Shown: positions 9,977-19,610 of the stretch, piece after piece | Layout of the letters: each line of letters starts with the position of its first letter | Position numbering within the stretch: position 1 is the first letter of the stretch | Source of the DNA: an uncultured Geobacteraceae bacterium | Lineage (GTDB): Bacteria; Desulfobacterota; Desulfuromonadia; Geobacterales; Pseudopelobacteraceae | Direction of reading: 5' to 3' | Assembly (NCBI GenBank): GCA_903879825.1 | Contig: CAIRND010000077.1 | Span: 1-44,207 of the forward strand | Length of the DNA stretch: 44,207 nt | The notes under the pieces: generated by a model | The model's input: only the letters and a program-made list of their open reading frames with translations | Database searches by the model: none | What the model was told of the DNA's origin: nothing | Made by a program: the position numbers and the translations under genes

Positions 9977-11098
9977 TTATCTGCAAAACATGCAATCGCG
10001 CATGTCGGTCACATTAATAGTGTTTGAGTTTTGTATAGCCAGAACCACATTTGTTAATTCTCGGGCGCTAACATAATGCAGGGTGCCCCCGTTCTCTTCA
10101 CTAAAGTCGTGCAATCCGCTGAACAGTTTCGATAAGTTGTTATCATCAAATAACATTTCCATAATTCCCTCTTGAGTCCCATGGGTATAAATTTTAACAA
10201 AAACATGTTCCCCTGCACCGTCGACACTAATTCCTGTATTTACCCAGGAATGAATTCTCTCTAAAGTTGGCGGATTATTTGCGAACAAGCCACCATTCTC
10301 GATCCCCGGCAAAAAGCCGGATTTCCGATGTTTCCAGGTAAGACACAAGGGACCTTGAACCATCAACAAGCCCTCCCCTTTTTTACCGACTTCTGCATTC
10401 ACACCCCAATCATGAGATTTAGGCTTTCCAGATTCATCGACCGCGTAATATATGCTGTTCACTTTCCGTGTCTGTGTTTCACTCGGTGCAGATGGCAGGG
10501 TAAAGTCTGCATAACATCCCGTTTCCTGAAGAATTGATATTTCATCATTCACCCCGCACCATCGACCGTCATGTCGAGAGTTGGCCAATGCCCAGTTTCC
10601 ATGAATAAACCCATAGGATATTTCTCCGCTGTGCCTGCTTTTCGACAATAATCCATGTTTTTCATAGAGGCGGTTTTTGTAATCGACAAGCGTACTACGC
10701 AGGTTTTTCGATGTATCGTTATCATGATGCAGGTGAATCTCCACCTCTCCGAAACCAGCCTGGCACAACTTTGCAAGTTCATTCATGTCTTCTTCCTGAT
10801 ACTCTTCCTCAGGATAGAAAAATGTGTAGTTCAATGACCGGCCATCGGAGTCGGGATATCTCTCCGCAATTTTCGGATATTCACACATCCAACGATGGAT
10901 ACGTTTTTTGGCTGTCACCCTGTCTGCCTTGTTCCAGTAGGGTTCAAAATGATCACAGATACAAAAATAGATATGTTTCGGGTTCACAGCCGGATCGCGG
11001 TAATTTCGATTAAATTCCCTGTGCAGGTAGTACGGAAGCCATTTCAGGGTATTGGTAATTTTTCTGATCATTCGGTATGTTCGATTGTTCTTCGTCAA
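9977..11098 (-). CDS. Hypothetical protein; possible metal-dependent polysaccharide deacetylase/hydrolase-like enzyme
   Basis: 373-aa ORF, tightly packed in the operon, with no signal peptide seen. His/Asp clusters: CICDHFEP, VEIHLHHDND, FIHGNWALAN, YTHGTQE. The function is inferred only from these motifs. Confidence 0.4.
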   Translation of the reverse strand: MTKNNRTYRMIRKITNTLKWLPYYLHREFNRNYRDPAVNPKHIYFCICDHFEPYWNKADRVTAKKRIHRWMCEYPKIAERYPDSDGRSLNYTFFYPEEEYQEEDMNELAKLCQAGFGEVEIHLHHDNDTSKNLRSTLVDYKNRLYEKHGLLSKSRHSGEISYGFIHGNWALANSRHDGRWCGVNDEISILQETGCYADFTLPSAPSETQTRKVNSIYYAVDESGKPKSHDWGVNAEVGKKGEGLLMVQGPLCLTWKHRKSGFLPGIENGGLFANNPPTLERIHSWVNTGISVDGAGEHVFVKIYTHGTQEGIMEMLFDDNNLSKLFSGLHDFSEENGGTLHYVSARELTNVVLAIQNSNTINVTDMRDCMFCR

Positions 11099-11107
11099 GC
11101 CAACAGG

Positions 11108-11911
11108 TTAGACTGCCGGCGAAGAAAACCATCCTCCATGCTTCCTGAAGTAATAGACAAGACCCCAAAAATGACTCAGGGATATTCTGGAAAAAGGCTT
11201 CTTGTGACTGATCTGCTGGGTGTGATGCAATACAGTGACGTCAGGAAAATACCTGATTTTTTTTCCTGCTTTGCGCACTCTCAAACAAAAATCAAGGTCT
11301 TCAGGAGAGTAGAAGATATTCTCATCAAAGTAACCGACAAGATCGACCAAATCTCTGCGAAAAAACCAGCAGGCTGATATTGCGGAATCAACGTCCATTT
11401 GGTGTGAAAAAGGGAAGACATCATAAAAATCGAGGTTGGACATGTTAATATTAAAAATGGCCTTCGGTAATTTAAGCAGTTTGTGGCAGAACGTTGGAAA
11501 TTTCTTTATAGATTCTTGTACAGCACCGTTATCTAATACTAACTTTGGCGCTACGATGCCAAGTTCACTGTCTGCTTCCAACGCAGTCAAAATCATTCTG
11601 ATGTCTCCTACAAGCATTTCAGTATCTGAATCAATAATACAGATATATGTTCCTTGAGCCCGTCGTAATCCCAGATTCCTTGGAAAAGTAGTTCCTTTAT
11701 TTGCATCCAGGTAAATAAAATGGAACATACCTGACTTCATAAAATCAAAGTATTCATACAATGGCTGTGGATTGTCTTTTGATCCGTTATCAATAACTAT
11801 AATTTCATAAGTGACATAATGCCTCTCACACATTGACATGATTGAATCAAAGCATTTGCCTATATACTTTTTGGAGTTCCAACTTAATATGACAAAAGAT
11901 ATATCGGGCAT
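11108..11911 (-). CDS. Glycosyltransferase family 2
   Basis: ISFVILSWNSKKYI...IIVIDNGSKDN...IIDSDTEM (DxD). Confidence 0.85.
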   Translation of the reverse strand: MPDISFVILSWNSKKYIGKCFDSIMSMCERHYVTYEIIVIDNGSKDNPQPLYEYFDFMKSGMFHFIYLDANKGTTFPRNLGLRRAQGTYICIIDSDTEMLVGDIRMILTALEADSELGIVAPKLVLDNGAVQESIKKFPTFCHKLLKLPKAIFNINMSNLDFYDVFPFSHQMDVDSAISACWFFRRDLVDLVGYFDENIFYSPEDLDFCLRVRKAGKKIRYFPDVTVLHHTQQISHKKPFSRISLSHFWGLVYYFRKHGGWFSSPAV

Positions 11912-11930
11912 TTCACCACTCCATAGCCAG

Positions 11931-13031
11931 TCAGGGCGTCACAAGTCCATCCATACGCAACACTTCAAAATTCGATCCTTTTACGCTCCTTAACTCGCTC
12001 AGCAATGCATCATTGTTCCAGCGTTCATCCGGCGCACCGCTGAGAAACCAGTTCGAGCCATTGTCGGCCACAAACATGCCATAGGTCTTAAGTGCCTGGA
12101 GAATTGCTTTTGTCTCATTGCTAAAACTGCCGGGAATTGTGTAACTGGCCTTTAGCCGCACCCGCATCCCCATGGGAGGACGATTTAGGCTTATATCGTT
12201 TGAAGCCCAGTGCGTGGCAGGAGGAAGATAGGCTTTACGGGTAGTATTTACTGTAAAGCGGAGGGCATGGCGAATTATGCCACTGGCAGCTTCCTCGTAG
12301 CGCACAAGACCTGGGAAAACCGGCAGACCTGCCGCATCACTGCTAGTCCAGCCGTTATTTCCGCCAGGTCGCACAATGTTGGAATCGAGATTGAACAAGG
12401 CTCCGCAGCTTGCCGCCCAGCTACCGTCCTTCTGCGGAAACGCACTGGCCATTTCATAAAGACGGTTTGCATCTTTATCAATTACCAGTACATGCCGATC
12501 TCCGCTGAAAGTTGAACCGTCCGCATGAAGACCCTCGATAGGAGCATTGGCAGGCACCGGATACGGCCCTGGATCGCTCTGGTCGCGGTAATCAAAAAAA
12601 ACGATCGGAACTTTTGGCTGGGTACCGGAAACGATAAAATACGGTATGCCGATAGGAGCACCTCCGTAAAGACCGGCACCAAAATCAGGATGAAGACCCG
12701 TGTTGATGCCAATATTCAATACAATCGCAACAGAGTTGGGATCCACCGGTGCCGTTGAAATATCAGTGTTCCATACATTGTCTTTCGGGAAGGAAATCGC
12801 GCCGTTCAGATTGGCACCACTCCCCGTATCTGCACCCTTCAGGTCGCCATATTTGGCCGTCGGCACACTGGTCGAAACGGTCGGCGAAGCTTGAGCCCCT
12901 CCTCCGCTGCAACTGCAAACGAACAGACTAACGACTGCTATAACAAAAACAGAACGAAGTCGAATTCGTTTCCCATTGTGAGATTCCACTTTATGTTGCT
13001 GAATTATTTGTGTGTTTTTCATGATAACCAC
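11931..13031 (-). CDS. Secreted (possibly lipo-)protein of unknown function
   Basis: N-terminal hydrophobic segment VFVIAVVSLFVCSCSGGG (signal peptide; the lipobox is ambiguous). Motifs that look conserved: GDRHVLVIDKDANRLYEM, GWTSSDAAGLPVFPGLVRYEE, IRHALRFTV, PPMGMRVRLKA. I cannot name the family. Confidence 0.5.
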   Translation of the reverse strand: MVIMKNTQIIQQHKVESHNGKRIRLRSVFVIAVVSLFVCSCSGGGAQASPTVSTSVPTAKYGDLKGADTGSGANLNGAISFPKDNVWNTDISTAPVDPNSVAIVLNIGINTGLHPDFGAGLYGGAPIGIPYFIVSGTQPKVPIVFFDYRDQSDPGPYPVPANAPIEGLHADGSTFSGDRHVLVIDKDANRLYEMASAFPQKDGSWAASCGALFNLDSNIVRPGGNNGWTSSDAAGLPVFPGLVRYEEAASGIIRHALRFTVNTTRKAYLPPATHWASNDISLNRPPMGMRVRLKASYTIPGSFSNETKAILQALKTYGMFVADNGSNWFLSGAPDERWNNDALLSELRSVKGSNFEVLRMDGLVTP

Positions 13032-13070
13032 CGTTCATCTCGATATCAGATCGGAAGATTAATTCGGTTG

Positions 13071-14276
13071 CTACATATGAACGTTTGACAATACAGTGTC
13101 CATGGACTCACTGAAATTGGTGAATGAATAATTATTTGTTATAACGTTTGATAGATTTTGTACGATGCGGGAGTAATGTTTTTTGTCATTGCTGAGTTTC
13201 TTGTATTTTTCAATGAAGCACTCTGGATCACTGAATATCATAACGTTTTTTTCATCAGTCAATCCTAGTCCGTACGCACCAATTTCAGTTGAAATCACCG
13301 GGCGTCCGGCAACCCCGGATTCAAGTATTTTCAGCCGAGTCCCGCCGCCTGCAAATAATGGGACTATGACAACACCGCATTTGTTGTAAAAAGGCACAAC
13401 ATCAGGAGAATCGGCATTTAACTCAACATTGGGAGTATTTTGTGTGAGATTTATTAATTCTGCGGGAGGACACTTTCCGACAATGACAAGACGCACGTCC
13501 TCGTATTCTTCGACCATGCGCGGAAAGACTTCTTTTATAAACCAGATAATTCCCTGCAGGTTCGGTTCATAAGCAAGCGATCCGACAAAAAGAATATTTC
13601 TGATATTTGAATGCCCGTCTTTGCAAAAATCATCTGGCAACTCCATTCGAGGAGACACATTAGGTACTACATAACATTTTGATACCAGGTTCGGATTACT
13701 AACTTTTATTTTATCCAGATGCGAAGAGAACAGAATAAACCCAAATCCAAAACAGCTCTTGTAATATTTCTGCAGAATATATCTGTCTATCAGTTTTTTA
13801 AGCGTACCAAAGCCATTGATGTTAGCAGTACTAGAATCATATAAGGTTTCTGTGACTATATCATCGACATCAAGGATGATTTTTTTCTTATTGTTGGTCG
13901 AACATTTAAGCAAAGGATATGCTGATTGAATGTATCGGCAGACAATATAGTCGTAATTTTCTGCCAGTATTATATCCCTTATTGCAATTTCTGTTTTAGG
14001 GACAAAGAAATTGGTCAGCCACGTTTTTTTATGTATGAGTTTATCATATATACTTTTAACGAATCCTTTTTTGCACGCTTTATCAGTCGGTTTAGTTATG
14101 AAATATTCTTGGGTGAAAGGGCTTTTAGATAGTGAAGAAGGCTTCTGGCTTGAAAGACAAAGAATGTCAACAGTACCATACTGTTTAAAATACCTGACGA
14201 AGTTCATTGACCGTATAGCGCTGCCATTATCTTCAGGCAGAGGGTATTTCGGTGATATTAAAAGTGTCTTTGTCAT
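13071..14276 (-). CDS. Glycosyltransferase family 4
   Basis: 401 aa. VPLFAGGGTRLKILESGVAGRPVISTEIGAYGL. Confidence 0.85.
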   Translation of the reverse strand: MTKTLLISPKYPLPEDNGSAIRSMNFVRYFKQYGTVDILCLSSQKPSSLSKSPFTQEYFITKPTDKACKKGFVKSIYDKLIHKKTWLTNFFVPKTEIAIRDIILAENYDYIVCRYIQSAYPLLKCSTNNKKKIILDVDDIVTETLYDSSTANINGFGTLKKLIDRYILQKYYKSCFGFGFILFSSHLDKIKVSNPNLVSKCYVVPNVSPRMELPDDFCKDGHSNIRNILFVGSLAYEPNLQGIIWFIKEVFPRMVEEYEDVRLVIVGKCPPAELINLTQNTPNVELNADSPDVVPFYNKCGVVIVPLFAGGGTRLKILESGVAGRPVISTEIGAYGLGLTDEKNVMIFSDPECFIEKYKKLSNDKKHYSRIVQNLSNVITNNYSFTNFSESMDTVLSNVHM

Positions 14277-14296
14277 GTATATTTCCCTGGTTACTT

Positions 14297-15178
14297 TTAT
14301 CTATTCAAACGCAATAGCCTGAAACTTATGTAATCCCTGCAATAAACGGTTGCAAAACAGCTTGTTCCAACGACGATATTTTTTAGAAGCCTCAAAACCG
14401 TTGTTATTTCCCAATACGCCAACTTTAATATGCCGACATCTCTGTTGAGAATATGCTTGCAATAGAAAGCCCCTTTGCCAATTTCATAGCCGTTTTTAAG
14501 TGCCCTGACTTGATGGTTTGTACGTCTTCCATGATTATGGTAAACACATACCGTCGGAGAGTAGATCATCTTGAAGCCATTTTTATACACTCTGTAAATG
14601 AAGTCCGTATCTTCAGCAGATTTAAAGAGAGTACCCGCACCAAACCTGCCGTCAAAGCAGCCTATCTGATCAAATACGTTGCGATAAAAAGCCATATTAC
14701 AGCCATGAATGCAGTCAAAAACGTGCTCGGCCGATGAAAACAGACTTCTCCTTTTAGAAGTTTTTATTGTAACGGGTTTGTCTCGCACATCGTAGAGCTC
14801 TACCCTTCCTCCAATTCCTGACAGTAACGGGTCTGAGCTAAATTCCTTAACAATGCAGGCCAACCAGTTCTGATCAACGAAGCAGTCGTCATCCGTGAAT
14901 GCGATTATTTCTCCATGTGCCGCTGCTATTCCGGCATTCCGAGCGTGCCCGAGCCCCGGTTTCTCTTCAAAAACATATTTCACATTCATTGCTGATTGCG
15001 TATCAAAATTCTGTATTACAGCCTTTGTGTCATCAGTTGAGTTATTATCAACAACAATCAATTCCAAGGAGACATCCGGTTGTACCTCCATAGTCTCAAA
15101 TGTACCCAGGCACTCCTCAAGCGCTCTGGCTCTATTTTTCGTACAGATTACAACTGAAATTGAATTAATATGTTTCAC
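14297..15178 (-). CDS. Glycosyltransferase family 2
   Basis: ISVVICTKNRARAL...LIVVDNNSTDDT...FTDDDCFV. Confidence 0.85.
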   Translation of the reverse strand: MKHINSISVVICTKNRARALEECLGTFETMEVQPDVSLELIVVDNNSTDDTKAVIQNFDTQSAMNVKYVFEEKPGLGHARNAGIAAAHGEIIAFTDDDCFVDQNWLACIVKEFSSDPLLSGIGGRVELYDVRDKPVTIKTSKRRSLFSSAEHVFDCIHGCNMAFYRNVFDQIGCFDGRFGAGTLFKSAEDTDFIYRVYKNGFKMIYSPTVCVYHNHGRRTNHQVRALKNGYEIGKGAFYCKHILNRDVGILKLAYWEITTVLRLLKNIVVGTSCFATVYCRDYISFRLLRLNR

Positions 15179-15249
15179 TGTTACAACTCCTGATATCCCG
15201 ATATAAATATTGTCTGCAAACTCTGTAGATATATTTTAGCCAATTGAAA

Positions 15250-16266
15250 CTAACAGCCTGCATTAAGCACGTTTGCATTACATTTTCGACCATACTGAAA
15301 ATAATTGATTATTGAACGTAAGGTTGGCCAAATCAGATGCAGCCTCTGTTTCCAAATTAAGCGAGACCATACTTTTTCATTATGCAATGTGGGCCACAGT
15401 TCACCTGCTAATGTCTGTAACTTTCGGCATTCCACCCAACTTCCGCATTCTGCAGCAGAATAAGCATCCCACAAAATTTTCTGAGCTAGGTTTTGGTACG
15501 CGAGAGTCCATAGCCTGGTACTGTCATCAATCATCCTTCCATATTCCGTAAAAAGCCTGTCAAATGCGGCCTTAAGCTGCTGGTGATCCATAACGCCAGG
15601 ATAATTCAACGACATATTGTCCGCGTGTTTTCGGTAATAAGCCTGGTAGTCATTTACAACACCCACCGAAGCATGTGCTCCAAAACGCAGCCACATCTCC
15701 ATGTCACACGCGTGCGGTATTTCCGTGCGATATCCCCCGAGTTTTTTCTGCATCTCAGTCCGAACGATTGCTGTTGGCGTTGGAACAAAGTTGCTGACCA
15801 GTTCGCAGGCTCGTTCGAGAAATTGCTGGCTCGTAATTACTTCCCAATTCTCCGGACTGGTGTTCAACGGCACTTCCGGCATCGGTTCTCCTGATTGGAA
15901 TCGAATTTCCTTGCCGTACGTCAACGACACCTCCGGATGGCAGTCCATAAAATCGGCTGCACGCTTTAGCGACCCTTCGATGAGTACGTCGTCGGCGGAT
16001 AACAGAAGCATATAGTCTCCACGAGCCCATTCGATACCTTCATTATATGTCCGAACATGCCCTAAATTCTGGCTGTGCCGCCGGAATTCCACCCGCAAAT
16101 CCTGCGCTGCCAGTTCTTTGCATATTTCGGGAGTATTATCAGATGATGTATCATCTATGATGAGCACTCTGGCATCCACACCGGCCTGCGATAAGACGCT
16201 TTCCACACAGGTGCGCAAAAAAAGGGCGTAGTTATAACTGGGAATGACGACATCTACCTGACTCAT
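15250..16266 (-). CDS. Glycosyltransferase family 2
   Basis: VDVVIPSYNYALFL...VLIIDDTSSDNT...LLSADDVL. SD GGTGGAG lies upstream of ATG 16266. Confidence 0.9.
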   Translation of the reverse strand: MSQVDVVIPSYNYALFLRTCVESVLSQAGVDARVLIIDDTSSDNTPEICKELAAQDLRVEFRRHSQNLGHVRTYNEGIEWARGDYMLLLSADDVLIEGSLKRAADFMDCHPEVSLTYGKEIRFQSGEPMPEVPLNTSPENWEVITSQQFLERACELVSNFVPTPTAIVRTEMQKKLGGYRTEIPHACDMEMWLRFGAHASVGVVNDYQAYYRKHADNMSLNYPGVMDHQQLKAAFDRLFTEYGRMIDDSTRLWTLAYQNLAQKILWDAYSAAECGSWVECRKLQTLAGELWPTLHNEKVWSRLIWKQRLHLIWPTLRSIINYFQYGRKCNANVLNAGC

Positions 16267-16433
16267 GATATCTCCACCGTAAATGAGAGTGAAACAACAC
16301 AGACGATGTCAATTCATAATCCATAAAACATGCCAAAGCGCGTTTACATGAATATGCAATTTGTTTCAGCTTGTTATAGGGGGAACGGTGAATGGATTTG
16401 ATTCAGAAGATGGCTGTGATTTGTAGAGATAGA

Positions 16434-16467
16434 GTTATATTGCAGCAGTAAACTGCTGCAATATAAC
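16434..16467 (-). terminator. Perfect 15-bp stem / 4-nt loop hairpin just downstream of the 1021-aa gene (terminator-like or RNA-stabilising)
   Basis: gttatattgcagcag-taaa-ctgctgcaatataac, starting 38 nt after the stop at 16505. The minus-strand tail is pyrimidine-rich but has no clean U-tract. Confidence 0.3.
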
Positions 16468-16504
16468 AATAAATATGGAGTGTTACTTTTTTTTCACGTG
16501 TTCA

Positions 16505-19500
16505 TCATTTATGTTTAAAAATTGCCCCGTTCTGAGCCCACCCATACCCTGTACTCAGATTAAAAATTGTTGATATTTGTTGATTGCCACTCAATATTTG
16601 ATATTCCATGGCAAGCGGTTGATGAGTGTTTGAATCTTCGGTCGGAATAGCAATCATAGTGAATCCGGGACCTGCACTTGTGACGGCATTACCATTATGG
16701 GTACCGGAACCGATGGCAAGATTTCCTGCTAAAGTCGGGGTCATATTTCCGGAAGTGGGCGTCGATCCCGAACCTGTCGCTCCAGCTGTCGCGTCAAGTG
16801 CCAATACCGCATCTATTCCGGAAAATTCAGCGACTGCCATTGATATCTGACCACCGGATTTGACGGTGTTGACGGTAACGGCAACCGCACCACCAATAAT
16901 GTTCGTTGTATAGTAGATTGCACTGTACGCTCCTTGAGAAACAAGCACAGTACCGGCGATTTTGTAGATATTACCCAAACTATCGGTAACGGCAGTTGCG
17001 GCAGGCAAATTTGGCCAACCCGAGACCGAAACAACAATAAAATTACCGGCAGTGGCATTTGAAGAAAGAGTTGCCGTCAGATTCTGTGCGCTGGCGGTTA
17101 TGCTGGAAGCTTTTTGAACTAAAGCGATGTTATTGGAAGTTGTGATGCTCACTGCGCTGCTCATAGTGCTATTACCGGCGGCGTCATACGCTTTAGCGGT
17201 AAGGAGGTGAGTGCCATTCGACGTGAGTCCACTGTTCCAGGACCAGACATAAGGACTCATGGTGTCTGTCGCCTGAAGAGCGCCATCAAGGTAAAATTCT
17301 ACTTTTGTCACACCAATAGTATCAGTGGCGTTTGCACTGACGGTAATTGCACCTGAGACCGTTGCCCCATTGCTTGGTGAAGTAATTGAGGCAGATGGCG
17401 GAGTAGTGTCTACTGTACCGGCTTCAGAGGCAATCTTCTGATAGAGGACCTTGGCGGCTTGATACCGTGCCTGCGCCGCAGTTCGCTCTGTCGGAAGGAA
17501 CGAACTCCAAGCGCCACCTGACGAAGTCTTCGCTATCAGATTATCCATCCACTGCACGTAAAACTGCGCATCAGCCGAACTGGCACGTACCGGCGCATTA
17601 TTTACCATCACAAACACTGCTGCGGTATGAACCATATGACCGTTGCTCCCCATCCTTCGCGCGGTCAGCCAACCACTCTTTGCGAAATTCACTGTTGCAC
17701 TCAGGCTTGCGGGAGTGCCCGAGCTAACTGACGCCTGCCTGCTGGCTATGACAACGCCGTTTTGCACCAACTCGATCGAGCCAGTCAGACTTTGCGTTGC
17801 CGTCCACTGAATATTCACCTGAACACTCCCTTGCCCCGTCAAGTTGATCTCATCTCCAGGGGTGGCAGTACCATTCACCGTCAAATTCAAAAATTCGTTA
17901 TGCCCGTTTCTCGACACAACAGTTCTTCCATTTGCAATTCCATTGATCCAGTTGCCATACGTCATCTGCCCACCGGCTACTTGTGAATAGGTCAAGAGAG
18001 AACCGACTGGATCGCCGCAATTACACGGATAGTCTGTTCCCCCCGCAAAACCGGGACGAAAACCGCAGTTAAGCAAGCGGTAATAGGCATTAATGAAACA
18101 GTCTGGACACAATGGAGCACTGACTCCAGGTGCCGCTGCCCCTCCACAGGTGGAATTGGAGTCATCAACGTCCTCCGAAATAAAGTCACTCGCCCCCAAA
18201 GCCACTTCGACGGGATACTCAATGGGGGTACAACACGTCAAACCATTCGGAATAGTGTTAGTGTCGTCCAGGTACTGCATATGGGCAAACCCTGCAATGC
18301 CGCTGCGCTGATGAACCCAGTTGAAAATGGGATAGGTATATTCATCCCACACCTGGAATGCCTGACTAAGACCCAATGCCACAATGTGCCCTCCCAGCGC
18401 CTGGTGAGGAAACTGAGGATACGTAGGATCCCAGTGCCACTCAGCATCCCAATGTACGATCCGCCCCGGCGTTGACGCAGAGGCATCTTGTCCATTAACA
18501 AGCGGCAGATCAGTTGTGGGGTTTTGAAGCTCGCCGTTACCCATATCGGCCAGCAGGGATATGACGGAGAGATTATTTGTGGCCATTTTTCCATACAAGC
18601 TTGACATCGTTTCCGGAGAGTTGCCACAGCTCCGATGTACATGCATATCTCCCGCATACCAGCCAGACGGCTCAGGTCCCGCTGTTTGCAATGTAATGGT
18701 AACGCTCGCATTTCTGCTCACCGACACATTGCCGGCGGCATCTTTTGCCCACGCGTAGAGAGTTTTGCTCCCTGATGATGCACAGGTGTACGTGGTGGGG
18801 GATGTTGCCGACCACCCGGTGAGCGTTGCGATTGGAGCGGTAGCCGATTCCGTGACCAGGTAACCGGTAACACCGACATTGTCGATAGCAGTAAAGCTAT
18901 TTATCAAAACGGACAGTGTCGTGGCGGTGGCCGGAGTAGTGAATGCTGTCACCGTTGGCGGAGTCGGATCGGCAGATGCAATAGAGCTGAACACGACATC
19001 CACCCAGTAATTTGAACTTTTCCAGTCCTGGGTGGGGAATTTGCTGGCCGAGCCATAAGCATACACGCCATTGAAACCGGATACTCCGGCCGCCAAGGCA
19101 TGAAGTGGAGGACTGTCAATGCCCTTACTTGCAAAATAGTTCTGGTCGTCGCTGTAGTGCCCCACATTAGTATGGTAGGAGGCCACGTAAATCGTGTTTG
19201 CGATGATGGCTACAGGAGTCGCAAAGTTCACCTGCTGCCAGCCGGAGGAAGTTTCACCGGCAAAGGTAGCCGTGGCAAGAAGTGCACCACTGCTCGTCCA
19301 AAGATTACCGATGTGGGTTCCGGTATTGGATTTCGCCTTATAGAAACGGATGCCGGATATGGAGCCGTTCGAATCGGCACGGAATTTCACCCCCACTTCG
19401 ATTGCACTGTCAGGGCCGTCGTCAGCCACTACGGGAGTCGCCGTGCCGGGCCAGATAGTGTAATTAGTTGCTGCGAAGATCGGCGTTATCGGAAACATGA

Positions 19501-19570
19501 TTAACACCATAGCCAGGACTAACAATTGAATTAGCTGTATTAAAGGCCTGTTACGCTGATTATTTTTCAT
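16505..19570 (-). CDS. Secreted modular protein: DUF4082-like domain, Ig-like domain, PHP/CehA-McbA-like metallohydrolase core, Ig-like domain, shared C-terminal module
   Basis: SD GGAGAGGGG lies 7 nt upstream of ATG 19570. Signal peptide MKNNQRNRPLIQLIQLLVLAMVLIMFPITPIFA. DUF4082-like motifs: GIRFYKAKSNTGTHIGNLW...SGWQQVNF...YVASYH. Core begins GWYAGDMHVHRSCG. Ends ...AQNGAIFKHK. Confidence 0.85.
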   Translation of the reverse strand: MKNNQRNRPLIQLIQLLVLAMVLIMFPITPIFAATNYTIWPGTATPVVADDGPDSAIEVGVKFRADSNGSISGIRFYKAKSNTGTHIGNLWTSSGALLATATFAGETSSGWQQVNFATPVAIIANTIYVASYHTNVGHYSDDQNYFASKGIDSPPLHALAAGVSGFNGVYAYGSASKFPTQDWKSSNYWVDVVFSSIASADPTPPTVTAFTTPATATTLSVLINSFTAIDNVGVTGYLVTESATAPIATLTGWSATSPTTYTCASSGSKTLYAWAKDAAGNVSVSRNASVTITLQTAGPEPSGWYAGDMHVHRSCGNSPETMSSLYGKMATNNLSVISLLADMGNGELQNPTTDLPLVNGQDASASTPGRIVHWDAEWHWDPTYPQFPHQALGGHIVALGLSQAFQVWDEYTYPIFNWVHQRSGIAGFAHMQYLDDTNTIPNGLTCCTPIEYPVEVALGASDFISEDVDDSNSTCGGAAAPGVSAPLCPDCFINAYYRLLNCGFRPGFAGGTDYPCNCGDPVGSLLTYSQVAGGQMTYGNWINGIANGRTVVSRNGHNEFLNLTVNGTATPGDEINLTGQGSVQVNIQWTATQSLTGSIELVQNGVVIASRQASVSSGTPASLSATVNFAKSGWLTARRMGSNGHMVHTAAVFVMVNNAPVRASSADAQFYVQWMDNLIAKTSSGGAWSSFLPTERTAAQARYQAAKVLYQKIASEAGTVDTTPPSASITSPSNGATVSGAITVSANATDTIGVTKVEFYLDGALQATDTMSPYVWSWNSGLTSNGTHLLTAKAYDAAGNSTMSSAVSITTSNNIALVQKASSITASAQNLTATLSSNATAGNFIVVSVSGWPNLPAATAVTDSLGNIYKIAGTVLVSQGAYSAIYYTTNIIGGAVAVTVNTVKSGGQISMAVAEFSGIDAVLALDATAGATGSGSTPTSGNMTPTLAGNLAIGSGTHNGNAVTSAGPGFTMIAIPTEDSNTHQPLAMEYQILSGNQQISTIFNLSTGYGWAQNGAIFKHK
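16508..17128 (-). other. Shared ~207-aa terminal module, copy A (family not recognised)
   Basis: IALVQKASSITASAQNL...ATAGNFIVVSVSGWPNLPAATAVTDSLGN...GAYSAIYY...GGQISMAVAEFSGI...LAGNLAIGSGTHNG...PTEDSNTHQPLAMEYQ...NGAIFKHK. Confidence 0.8.
17426..18673 (-). other. PHP-like / CehA-McbA-like metallohydrolase core (approximate limits)
   Basis: GDMHVH at the start of the core, followed by His-rich clusters HWDAEWHW, GGHIVALG, GFAHMQ, AGGTDYPC and HTAAVFV. Confidence 0.45.
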
Positions 19571-19610
19571 TTCCCCTCTCCTTTTTTATGTCTATTGAGA
19601 CTTCATGAAA

